Origin: Myxococcota bacterium
Lineage (GTDB): Bacteria > Myxococcota_A > Bradymonadia > UBA4248
NCBI GenBank assembly: GCA_045599245.1
Contig: JAZRVP010000077.1
Location: 17,691-81,690, forward strand
Length of the DNA: 64,000 bases
Direction: 5' to 3'
In this document: positions 49,801 to 58,446 of the stretch, piece by piece
How positions within the stretch are numbered: the first letter of the stretch is position 1
How the letters are laid out: each line of letters opens with the position of its first letter
Program-made: the position numbers and the translations under genes
Notes under the pieces: generated by a model
What the model was told of the DNA's origin: nothing
Seen by the model: the letters and a program-made list of their open reading frames with translations, nothing else
Database searches by the model: none

Positions 49801-51513
49801 AGTTTCATCCAAAGAGGCGTGAATGATAGAGGAACAAGGTCCAAAAGTGCCGTCCTTTTTGGTGCTGCAAATCATTTTTTGAGTCGCGTCATCACATAAT
49901 TTTACATATTTTGTATAGAGGCAAGGATTGGGGGCAACCTCAACTTTTCCGTCATAGTTGGTATCATAACCCTGGAAGAAGGTTTCGCCCTTGCCATCTT
50001 GAGCAAAAACGAGACGAACGGGATCATCCAGTTTATCGCCGTTGACATCGGTCATGATATTTGTACCGTCGCAAGTCTGGAGAGACCAGGTTCGGTCTGT
50101 ATTTTGAACGAGTTTGCAGTTAAAGGACTTGTCTTTGGGGCAGCCGTCATTGCCGGTGCATTTGTCCATATCACCGCATTTTTTCTCGATTTCGACTTTG
50201 ACAGGGTCGAGTTCTTCATCATCGATTTGAGTTTTACCGTCTTCAACAGGATAAAAAATACCTTTGAGAAGATCGGCTGCGGCGCAGCCGGAAAGCACTT
50301 TTGAACCCGCTTCGTCTTTAGCCTTGGATGTATCAACTTCAAGGCCTTCTTCCGTCAATTTGGCTTCATCTCCGGGGTCGCCTGTTTTACCCATGGCATA
50401 GGTTGTGATGGTATAAGTTACGTTTTCGCTGGCCAATGGGTGATAGAAATTGAGGAAATATTTGGCACCATAAGATGAAGCGGTGGAAACATTGACCCAA
50501 AACTCACCATTTTGGTCTGTTTCACCGCAATTTTTATTGATACCTTTTTGTTTTTTTGAATCTTCAAATTGTTTGCCATTTTTGAATTTACCTTTTGAAG
50601 AGGCATCTTCACTGACAAAAGAAGGATTTTTTGCAGTAGTTTCAACGAAAGTCCAGCAGATGGGTTCCTTTTCAACACTGCAGTCAGCTCCGGTGGGATC
50701 ATCCTTGCAGGTGCCGGTTAATTTTACGCGAAGTTTTTGTTCGGATTCTGCATAAAGTTTTTGTTCGAGATTATCGAGATTGACGAGTATGGCTGATGTC
50801 AGATTTGAAGTTTTGTCCGTACTTGTATCTGTTTCATCATTGACTGTGTCTGTTGTTCCCTCAGTGAGGTCGTCACTGATTTGAGGAATTTCATGGACAT
50901 AAACATCGACGCTGTTTTTTGAATTTTTGACGCAATCTTCATTGTTTTGACAATCGGCCTGCCATACGGTGACGCGATACATGGGTTTTGTTGCGTGATA
51001 AGAAGTCCCGGTGGAGAGGCGGAAGGTGATTTGATTGTTGACGGGTTTGACAATGATTTGGGTATCGGTCGATGTATCGTCCTTTTTTAAACGATAATCC
51101 GAATCGACTGAGAGTGAGCCGTTGGCGCCGGCAGCTTTTTCCAGTGTGATGACAAACTGCTGAACTGCACCTTTGGTATCTCCTGCGACAAAATCAACAT
51201 TAAATTCATTGATCTGATTGATATGGGTTTTAAAGGTGCCGCTGGGTGATAGGGTAATGCTTTCGAAACTCTCGTATTGTCCTGTACTTCCTGTAAACTG
51301 CTTACCGGGCTCTTTAGATGAAGATGTATTTAGCCCGCTGCCGGAAGTTCCGAGAATGGCTGCTTCATTTTCTGTTCCAGTGGCATATTTGGTTCCGCCG
51401 ACATCGACGGGTTCGCCACTGGCGCGACGCGAAGACCATGTTTCCGTATTTGCGCATCCAAAGAGACTGAGAGCACAAATATATAGTGCCATTCTCGTGT
51501 ATGAAGCTTTCAT
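46807..51513 (-). CDS. giant lipoprotein paralog 1 (1568 aa), unknown function
   Basis: Start re-assigned to MKASYTRMALYICALSLFG|CANTE with a perfect GGAGGT RBS. Paralogous over most of its length to 52000-57873 (e.g. RRASGE..GANGSL..TGTSY..PMY.V.VW.AD). Many conserved Cys pairs. Confidence 0.8.
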   Translation of the reverse strand: MKASYTRMALYICALSLFGCANTETWSSRRASGEPVDVGGTKYATGTENEAAILGTSGSGLNTSSSKEPGKQFTGSTGQYESFESITLSPSGTFKTHINQINEFNVDFVAGDTKGAVQQFVITLEKAAGANGSLSVDSDYRLKKDDTSTDTQIIVKPVNNQITFRLSTGTSYHATKPMYRVTVWQADCQNNEDCVKNSKNSVDVYVHEIPQISDDLTEGTTDTVNDETDTSTDKTSNLTSAILVNLDNLEQKLYAESEQKLRVKLTGTCKDDPTGADCSVEKEPICWTFVETTAKNPSFVSEDASSKGKFKNGKQFEDSKKQKGINKNCGETDQNGEFWVNVSTASSYGAKYFLNFYHPLASENVTYTITTYAMGKTGDPGDEAKLTEEGLEVDTSKAKDEAGSKVLSGCAAADLLKGIFYPVEDGKTQIDDEELDPVKVEIEKKCGDMDKCTGNDGCPKDKSFNCKLVQNTDRTWSLQTCDGTNIMTDVNGDKLDDPVRLVFAQDGKGETFFQGYDTNYDGKVEVAPNPCLYTKYVKLCDDATQKMICSTKKDGTFGPCSSIIHASLDETQSVYVKLIDIKKDTEKSGTINVDLKKGSYKSNNGMLIDSAKNKDKVEHLTDLADDSKVFTIPFWTGNAYDALYFLETSAKKAKPVLIPILVNNSLNLPTYQGGDHSEVNVEDAKTPPSEMDPYIPDIGPVTISLPEGGVQSISSPVVKTLALQVLVSEKDSNPPKPIKNTKTWWKVTRSKSVNDNATITNNSPITNNDGIATNNFYTGTGVDSLYYVSVFHPNAKDDKDNLIPFVFTITTTNDTGSIPSLPPSEPEQPKDPWTPNPIYPEKVSSCGSLITCTKEEDIAKCYNEGNKPECCIPQKNKEGEAQCLELIVDGDSYKTTKVGESIDLKVKLIWKNGSTMEPVHDNILWTLNSPAGADASLSASKSHTDDKGVATIKFNAGSKATTYQVNAMYPNLKNGENMDAKSIYVTVTGTMSDKSEPTNINNINVTADSSGVSGTSFDSVSYYALSADYHSCGSNFVINDKDTRESDCEALPSSSSLGGAPNFCSLEGTDAGDSYKASDRSSTPQKYIIYAVANQGDKPVAIGCEGPFSFGPAYSPLKCKKADKYTVTLDDGSTKDVCKPVRDLNATIKLGPIPDEIQQNTNYTTETVLDLAPYLKEGTELGNSLEKFIENYNKFVNKDPANLITDHIVNYIVFDDVGATDYKSERANICLKAFYEYDHSVCTYPGKDQKLEKVDSCSEYNKNAMGSVENIGQKVFYTSCNCPCANIFYESAIERNSQATRAVVKTIVQPLVDKYLSPENVQKTVCDAFDSIQFVKLIGSMNLTEMDGVYDGKIKYSNFDIIKKGEKRPISPVSESSWKEAKVVENKFVVTDDLVNFRYGKFLIEAFQTVLSDKFVDNNGAYEFTKLFDCNTVFGSPISVGSTSVPVPVLTSLCNTAFAEVGKFAGNLGITDTSHAVSFVLQGSGELSRGNKPEKTKFSYKAKVIKNGKWEGIGSLGKTRLSASSSDRVKGAWIAYTDADDKPEIVFDGQSLEAYMSANSICKQMMSK

Positions 51514-51714
51514 TTTTACCTCCAAACGATTTACGTTGATGTTTCGCATTTATTCCAAAAAAATAATGGCCTTTGTTTATACAAAATTGCACGTTCCTTT
51601 TGAAGAATAATTCTAAAAATAATAAATGATGATGTTACATCTCAGCCAGGGAACCTCTGAACAAAACGATAATTTAAGGAAGTAATTGTCGAGAGCCAGT
51701 CGAGACGTTGTGTA

Positions 51715-51870
51715 CAACACCTCGGCCCCGGCGAGGAACAAGGAATAGGCAGCTCAAAAGGCTTATACTAACTTAAAATATTGCGGATTCTTAAGGGCTC
51801 AGCCCTTAAGCAGGGTCTGGGGCAGAGCCCCAGCGGGGTTCGGGGCAGAGTCCCGATGAATAGTAACATA
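51715..51870. repeat. conserved intergenic element, copy B (motif 1, motif 2 and a duplicated GGGGCAGAG hairpin)
   Basis: cctcggccccggcgaggaacaaggaataggcagctcaaaaggcttatactaacttaaaatattgcggattcttaagggctcagcccttaagcagggtctggggcagagccccagcggggttcggggcagagtccc. It lies about 200-350 nt upstream of the paralog-1 start. Confidence 0.6.
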
Positions 51871-51954
51871 ATGAGGTTACTACTGGTGGGGTCTGGGTCA
51901 AAGCGCCAGAAAAAAAAACAATTAATCAGATGTTCCCTGATTGTTCGTCTGAAA

Positions 51955-51992
51955 AAAAGGCCGGTCATTATGACCGGCCTGAATTGACGTTA
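51955..51992 (-). terminator. rho-independent terminator for gene 52000-57873
   Basis: ggccggtcattatgaccggcc hairpin with a T7 run on the minus strand. Confidence 0.7.
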
Positions 51993-51999
51993 AAAATGA

Positions 52000-54900
52000 T
52001 TATTTTTCGAAGCCATAAACTCTGATGTCATCGAAGCGAAGCATCTTGTAGGCATCGGCATTGTCACTGCTTCCTTTAGCCGCTGTCGGCCAGAATTTGA
52101 ATTTGGTAAATGCCCGTCCGGTTGTTTTGAATTCAACGGATTTGGTTACCCATTCGCCTTCGGGAGCAATCAGTGAAGACTCCTCTTTGACGTCGATTGA
52201 TTTCGGGCCGTCATCAATTGTTCGATAATTGATGACACGACCGTCGCCATAGACTTTGGCTTCCACCTTGGTGATTTCATAATTTCGATTGCTCGTAGAA
52301 TTGCTAATCATGAACAGGCAGTTCGTTTCTGAGCCACTGACCACCTTTGTTCCCACTGCGTTGAGAGCACTGTCGGAACCGGCCACGAGTTTAACCGGAT
52401 ACTTGGGACAATCATAAATCAAAGCAAAGTCACTCTGTTTTATGCCGGCTTTGGCTATGATGTTGGAACTGAGGTCAGAATTCAGTCCTTCGTCATCTGC
52501 CGTTGTTCCATTCCAGTATGAACCGAAATCCCATTCTGCAAGAATGACTGAAACAGGTTCCGGCTTGGATTCATCCTTTCCGGAACTGTCGACACATGAA
52601 GTGAGTTCGCTGTTCATGACACAGGCAGGGAGATCGCATTTGCCGTCACAGGCTTGTTTAACCTGCTCTTTGATGCATTCGCTCCGTTCTTTGCTGCCGC
52701 AGATCGTATTAAGTGCCGCTATGAAATGCTCGTCTTCGATCGAAGACGGAACTGAGTCGTCATCGGAAATAAGTCCATTTTTGTCGCAGACAAAAATGGT
52801 CGGGTTGTCTTTACATGCCGGAATGTTGCACGCCGTTTCAAGACACTTACTGTTGGTGATTCCTTCGCCGTTGTTGATGATTTCTTCTTTGTTGGCTTGA
52901 CAGTCGGACGGATTACCCTGTTTGCGGCAGGCTTCATTGGCGGCTTTGATAATCTGTGATGCGCTGGAACCTGAATATAGACTGTTGACGGCGCCTTTTC
53001 CATTGACTTTGGTGCAGACAACGATCGAAGTCTTGTCCAGACATTCAGGCTTTTCACAGGCTGTTCCTGAGGTTCCCTTGGCAATGTTGCTGTATGCCCC
53101 CAGGAGACATGCTTTATTTGACTTGTATTCTGAGAGGCTGCTCTTGAGATTTTGCATACAGATGCTGTTTTCAGCCTTGTATTCGTCAAGAGATTTCGTC
53201 CCGAATTTCATCTCCGGCTCTTCTGCACCATCGGTATATCCGATCCAGACACCATTGATCTTGCCATTATCTGACTTGCCATCGGCCTTTGTCGCGCCAA
53301 GATTGCCTGTTCCTTCCCATTTGCCGCCCTGAATGACAGAGGCTTGACAGGCAATCTTGGTTTTGTCCGGAAGACATGTATTTCCTTTGGCAAATTCGCC
53401 TGTTCCCTGAAGTTTAGCACTCAAAGGAATCGTACCCTTGTCTGAAAGATCGGCAGTATAATCACCGAGTTTTCCAAGGGCCGTACGACAAATTCCCTTC
53501 AAAAGATCGGAGCTGACGCTCGTTATACCAAGATTGATATCGCTGTCGAATATCTTGTCGCAATCAATGCCTTTGGTCAGGTCAACCTTTCCGGTCTTCA
53601 AATCCAGGGCGCCAATGAATTTGCCAAGAATCTGATACAGGAATTTGCCATAAGTGAAGTTGATGGTGAAATCGGAAATCGAAAGCTGTGTGCCATTCGT
53701 GACCTTGGCTTCTTTCCATTTGCCTTCGATAACGGTTCCTTCGAGATCGATTGCTGTGTCTCCAACATAAGGAATCATGGCTCCTGAATATCGGGCACTT
53801 CCTACGTATTTTCCGTCTTTTTCTTCCAAAGACATTTTTCCGACCAGTGTTACAAACTGAAGGCCGTCAAAGACTTCACATAATTTGCTCTGAAGAGCGT
53901 CCGGACTCAAATATTTGTTGATGAGACTTTTGAGTAGCTTTTGCGCCAGCGGTGCCAGCTTTTTGCCTATCGAATTGACAGCAGTCCAGTAATAAAGATC
54001 GGCACACATGCAGTTGCAGTTGGTATAAAATGCCTTATCGTTTTCTTTGACACTGCTGTCACTCCAGTCACTGCACGAACTGATGTGCGTCAGTTTGCCG
54101 CTATTGTTTTTATACCGACATTTTTCCGGATTTTTGTCATAAAAGAACGTGATACAATCATCTGCATCGGGGGTTCCAGTATCTTTGCCTGTATAAACTA
54201 TCGATTTGGTCAAGGTATCGATAATCTTATCGCCTGGGTTGGTACCGACAAATTTGGCATAAGTATCCGTCAGCTTTTGCAATGCCTGACCGATTTCCGA
54301 GTCATTGCCCATCAAAGGTCCGAGATTGACCATCGTTTTGGTATTGTACAGGGGCTGAATGACCGTCGGTATTTCGCTCAAAGACACGGTTGAAACCAGT
54401 TCACGAACGGGTTTGCAGGTCTTTTTCTCCGTTCCATCCTTGTCAATTTTAAACGTTGCGTTGTCGTCGTCACATTCCTTGGGAACTGTTGATGAACTGA
54501 AGCTGATGTATGGCTCGCAGCCGTATGCAACTGGCGAGTTGCCTTTGTTGGCAATAGCAAAAATCGTATATTTGTCTGCAGTTGGGGCGGTTGCTGTCGC
54601 CTTGTAAGAATCTTCTTTTTTGCTCCCCGTCAGGTTGCAGAAGTTTTTGCCGCCCGTGGTCGTTTTATATTCGCCACAGGCTTCCTGGCGCGCGTCTTTT
54701 TCTGCCAAAAAGAACTTTTCTGAGCAGTCATAGAGATCAGCCGGAAGGGCATAATAGCTCACGGAATCAAACTCAATCTTAGGGATGTTTGATGTGTTGG
54801 CCTTGAGCGTAATATTGTTCACATCAGAGCTTTCTGTTTTGTCATCCAGTGTGCCTTTGACGTTCACCATGATGCTCTTGGGAACCATGTGTCCATCTTT

Positions 54901-57873
54901 ATGAATATTGGGATACATGGCATTGATTCTGTAAGTTGTTGCCTTCGAACCGGTCTTGAAAAGTACGTTGGCATATCCATTTTTGTCAGACCCTGAACTT
55001 GAGCTAAGCAGGGCGCCATCGGCGTCTTTATTTCCATCGAGTGTCCAGTAAATCGTGTCTCGGATCGGGGTCACTTCGGAACCGTTTCTCCACACGAGAC
55101 GGACTTTGACTGAAATTGTGTATCCGACACCCGTCTGGATGACATCTTCGCCCTCGAAAATGAGTTCCAGACAGCCCTGTTTTTTGTCGGCGTTCATCTG
55201 CATCGATGGACAGCAGGCGGGTACCTCGCCGCCCTCCTGGCTGCATTTGGCTTTGTCTGATGCATTGCAACTGCATTCGCGTTCATCGCAGCCGACACCT
55301 TGCGGATATTTGGGGTTGGTCGCTTTGCCATCGACCTGCTTGAGATTGCCTTCGCAGTTGCCCTCGCAAACTGTTCCGTCTTCCTGGATGGTATCGCCCT
55401 CGGGACGACTTGGATCAGCCGGCAGATCACTCTCAAGCGCCCCCGTGTCATTCGTCGTTGTGATCTGGAAAACAAAGGGTTTTGGCTTGTTTTCTTCATC
55501 CAGATAATTGGGATGGAACACGCTGACAAAGTAAACGGAATCGTAGCCTGTGCCTGTATAAAATGCATCACTCGCCACACCTTTGCTATTCGTCATGGCT
55601 GTTGACGCGGTTAGGGTCGCATTGTTGTTCACGGATTTGCCGCGCGTGACTTTCCACCAGGTTTTGGTATCGGGTACGAGCGTCTTGCTCTTGTTATCTT
55701 TACGTACAAGAACCTGAAGATTCAGTGTTTTGACTACGGGCGAGGTGATTGTTGCCGAACCTGAGGCTACGGACAAGGTCACTTTGCCGATATCGGGAAT
55801 ATAGGGCTCTATGTCGGCTGGCGGCGTGTATATCGACGGATCATCCGGATCGGCCTTGTCGCCTTTGGCTGTCGGGATCGATATCGAATTGATAATGCGC
55901 AGTGGAATGAGAACAGGCTTCGTTTCATCTGCTGTCGTTTCGAGATAATACAGGGCATCGTATCCAGTCCCAGCCCAGGCTTCGATATTATATATTTTTT
56001 TGCTCGCTGATATCTTGACGCTTTCTACCAGCTTGCCATTTTCGTCCTTGAGCATGGCATTATTGGTCGCCAGGGCTCCTCGCTGAATCTCAACCTGGAT
56101 CTCGCCATCTGCGTTTTCCTTGCCGTTGTTATCCAGCTTTTTCACATAAATCGTGACATCTTCATCCAGCTTTGCACTGACCGTCGAGCACGTTCGGAAT
56201 GTTTTTTTATTGTCCGTGCTGCAGACAAATGAATATTTCGCTTTTTTACATATATCTTTATATTTTGAATACAAACAGGGGTCTGGGGCAACTTCGACTT
56301 TTCCGTCATAATTGATGTCATAACCCTGGAAATAGGTATTGCCTTCACTATCTTCGCCCATGACGAGACGGATCGGATCGTTCGTTTTGTCATCGTTGAT
56401 ATCCGTCATCAGCTGTTTGCCTTCGCAGGACTGAACGGACCATGTCTTGTCACTGTTCTGAACCATCTTGCAGCGGAACGAATCGGCACTGCAGCTGTCT
56501 TTGCCGCTGCATTTGTCCATATCGCCGCACTGATCTTCGATGGAAATCTTTACCTTGTCGTCATCTGAATAGAAAATACCCTTGAGAACTTTGGCGGCAG
56601 CACAGCCCGAGAGTTCATTTCGACCGTCAGCGTTCGGTTTGGCTTCGCTCAGATCTGTCTTCAGGGCGTCGTCCGAGAGCAAGGCTTCATCGCCCGGATC
56701 TCCCAGAGTATCGGGCATCACAAACGTCCGGATGTCATACGTCAGAGGCGCCGCAACCTTGTGGAAAAAGTTGAGATAATATTTGGAATTATAGGTGCTG
56801 CTCGTGGATACTTCCGCCCAGAAAATTCCGTTAGAATCGGTCTTTCCGCAGCCCGTATTTTTTCCTCTTTTATTCTTCTTATCCGCGAACTGCTTGTTAT
56901 CCGTGTATTTTTTGTCGCTGTCTTGCGAGACGAAACCTTTGTTTTTTTCGCTCGTTTCGACAAATGTCCAGCATACGGTCTCATTGCCAACGCAGCTGTC
57001 ATCCGCTTCGTCTTCTGTGCTTTCGCCGTCTTCTGTGCTCGGTTCCTCGTCTTTTTTGCCCGGAGCTGTATCCGCACATTTGCCTGAGAGTTCGACGCGA
57101 AGTCTTTTCTCGTCATCGACAAAGAGCTGCTGGTCGAGTTCGTCCAAATTGGTGAATACTGCCGTCGAGAGTTTGGAATCCTTCAGTCCGTCGGGAACGG
57201 TCAGGTCATTGTCGACATCCAGCGTGCCTTCTTCATAACCGTCGCTCATTTGAGGCGGCTTTCGGACGATAATTTTCGCCTCCAGCGGCTGGGCATCTTC
57301 TTCGGCATCGGCATGCCACACATTCACGTAATACATCGGCGTCTTGCTGTTGTACGAGGTACCTGTCTGGACGCGGAATGTGAACGAGTAATCGGTTCTC
57401 GGTGTTATGACGGCGCGTGTTTCCGTCGGCGGGAACTTGTCGGCATCATACAGAGACTCGCTGTCAACGATAAGCGAACCGTTTGCGCCGGCTGCGCGTT
57501 CCAAAACTATGACAAACTGCGGTTTGTTGGCATGACGATCGGCTTCCGGTGATATTTCAACCGTAAATTCAATGATTTGATTGATAAATGTTTTCGCATT
57601 ATCCGGTTCTATGGACAGTTTCAGGTCATCATACTGCCCCTTCTCGCCAAGCATATCTTTGCTCGGTTTGGTTTTGGGGTTGTTGGCAAGTCCTTTGTTT
57701 TCCTTGCCAAAGACATTGTCTTCGTTATCCGTCGAAGTAGCATAATTGCCGCCCGCAATTTCTATCGAATCGCCGCTTGCACGTCTTTCAACGATTTCTT
57801 CCGTATTGGCACATCCTGCCACGCTTAAAATGCAGAGGTAAAGGGATGCTCGCGACAATGTCATTTTTTTCAT
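52000..57873 (-). CDS. giant lipoprotein paralog 2 (1957 aa) with C-terminal extension ending in WDF-domain
   Basis: MKKMTLSRASLYLCILSVAG|CANTEE with an AGGAGG RBS. Paralog of 46807-51513. It has an extra approximately 400 aa: Cys-rich modules plus a terminal approximately 190-aa domain starting 'VILAEWDFGS'. Confidence 0.8.
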   Translation of the reverse strand: MKKMTLSRASLYLCILSVAGCANTEEIVERRASGDSIEIAGGNYATSTDNEDNVFGKENKGLANNPKTKPSKDMLGEKGQYDDLKLSIEPDNAKTFINQIIEFTVEISPEADRHANKPQFVIVLERAAGANGSLIVDSESLYDADKFPPTETRAVITPRTDYSFTFRVQTGTSYNSKTPMYYVNVWHADAEEDAQPLEAKIIVRKPPQMSDGYEEGTLDVDNDLTVPDGLKDSKLSTAVFTNLDELDQQLFVDDEKRLRVELSGKCADTAPGKKDEEPSTEDGESTEDEADDSCVGNETVCWTFVETSEKNKGFVSQDSDKKYTDNKQFADKKNKRGKNTGCGKTDSNGIFWAEVSTSSTYNSKYYLNFFHKVAAPLTYDIRTFVMPDTLGDPGDEALLSDDALKTDLSEAKPNADGRNELSGCAAAKVLKGIFYSDDDKVKISIEDQCGDMDKCSGKDSCSADSFRCKMVQNSDKTWSVQSCEGKQLMTDINDDKTNDPIRLVMGEDSEGNTYFQGYDINYDGKVEVAPDPCLYSKYKDICKKAKYSFVCSTDNKKTFRTCSTVSAKLDEDVTIYVKKLDNNGKENADGEIQVEIQRGALATNNAMLKDENGKLVESVKISASKKIYNIEAWAGTGYDALYYLETTADETKPVLIPLRIINSISIPTAKGDKADPDDPSIYTPPADIEPYIPDIGKVTLSVASGSATITSPVVKTLNLQVLVRKDNKSKTLVPDTKTWWKVTRGKSVNNNATLTASTAMTNSKGVASDAFYTGTGYDSVYFVSVFHPNYLDEENKPKPFVFQITTTNDTGALESDLPADPSRPEGDTIQEDGTVCEGNCEGNLKQVDGKATNPKYPQGVGCDERECSCNASDKAKCSQEGGEVPACCPSMQMNADKKQGCLELIFEGEDVIQTGVGYTISVKVRLVWRNGSEVTPIRDTIYWTLDGNKDADGALLSSSSGSDKNGYANVLFKTGSKATTYRINAMYPNIHKDGHMVPKSIMVNVKGTLDDKTESSDVNNITLKANTSNIPKIEFDSVSYYALPADLYDCSEKFFLAEKDARQEACGEYKTTTGGKNFCNLTGSKKEDSYKATATAPTADKYTIFAIANKGNSPVAYGCEPYISFSSSTVPKECDDDNATFKIDKDGTEKKTCKPVRELVSTVSLSEIPTVIQPLYNTKTMVNLGPLMGNDSEIGQALQKLTDTYAKFVGTNPGDKIIDTLTKSIVYTGKDTGTPDADDCITFFYDKNPEKCRYKNNSGKLTHISSCSDWSDSSVKENDKAFYTNCNCMCADLYYWTAVNSIGKKLAPLAQKLLKSLINKYLSPDALQSKLCEVFDGLQFVTLVGKMSLEEKDGKYVGSARYSGAMIPYVGDTAIDLEGTVIEGKWKEAKVTNGTQLSISDFTINFTYGKFLYQILGKFIGALDLKTGKVDLTKGIDCDKIFDSDINLGITSVSSDLLKGICRTALGKLGDYTADLSDKGTIPLSAKLQGTGEFAKGNTCLPDKTKIACQASVIQGGKWEGTGNLGATKADGKSDNGKINGVWIGYTDGAEEPEMKFGTKSLDEYKAENSICMQNLKSSLSEYKSNKACLLGAYSNIAKGTSGTACEKPECLDKTSIVVCTKVNGKGAVNSLYSGSSASQIIKAANEACRKQGNPSDCQANKEEIINNGEGITNSKCLETACNIPACKDNPTIFVCDKNGLISDDDSVPSSIEDEHFIAALNTICGSKERSECIKEQVKQACDGKCDLPACVMNSELTSCVDSSGKDESKPEPVSVILAEWDFGSYWNGTTADDEGLNSDLSSNIIAKAGIKQSDFALIYDCPKYPVKLVAGSDSALNAVGTKVVSGSETNCLFMISNSTSNRNYEITKVEAKVYGDGRVINYRTIDDGPKSIDVKEESSLIAPEGEWVTKSVEFKTTGRAFTKFKFWPTAAKGSSDNADAYKMLRFDDIRVYGFEK

Positions 57874-58269
57874 TTGGTCCTCCTGATGCCGTAAAAATCA
57901 CACAAAAAACCATTTTTCATTTTATCATTTTTAACGCATTTATACAAGAAAAGAGCATGCCTGAATTTGTTTTGTTCCGTCATTCTTTAACCATGTTTTC
58001 CGATTATCTTTGATTGTAATATTTCAATCGCGTTTGATTAAATATGGTTTGTATATCATTTTTTCCTTAATTCAATAATTCAAATCAATACTGAATGTCA
58101 TTTCATTTGAAGTTTATTTGGATATTAATACTCATGATTTAACCGTAACCTTTGTTGTGATGATCGCTCATTGCCGCATAAAATAACGGTATTGGTAATG
58201 TAAAAATAATCGTGATGTGTCGTTTGTAATGTTCAAAAAAAATGCTGTTTATATATTTGAATTTGGGCG

Positions 58270-58420
58270 CATCTATGCCCGTCGGGCATACGCTGCGCTT
58301 ACGCTCGGCTATCGGAAGACCGATACGCCTCGCGGACTTTTATTTTTATTCACGCCCAGTGCAAAAGGGCAGGGCAGTGGGGGGAGCGGCGTATGGCGAA
58401 GCCATAGACGCGCGGGGGGA
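58270..58420. repeat. REP-like hairpin array
   Basis: gggcatacgctgcgcttacgctcggctatcggaagaccgatacgcc and ggcgtatggcgaagccatagacgcg. Confidence 0.6.
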
Positions 58421-58446
58421 CACTTCCCCCCGCTAAAATTCACACA

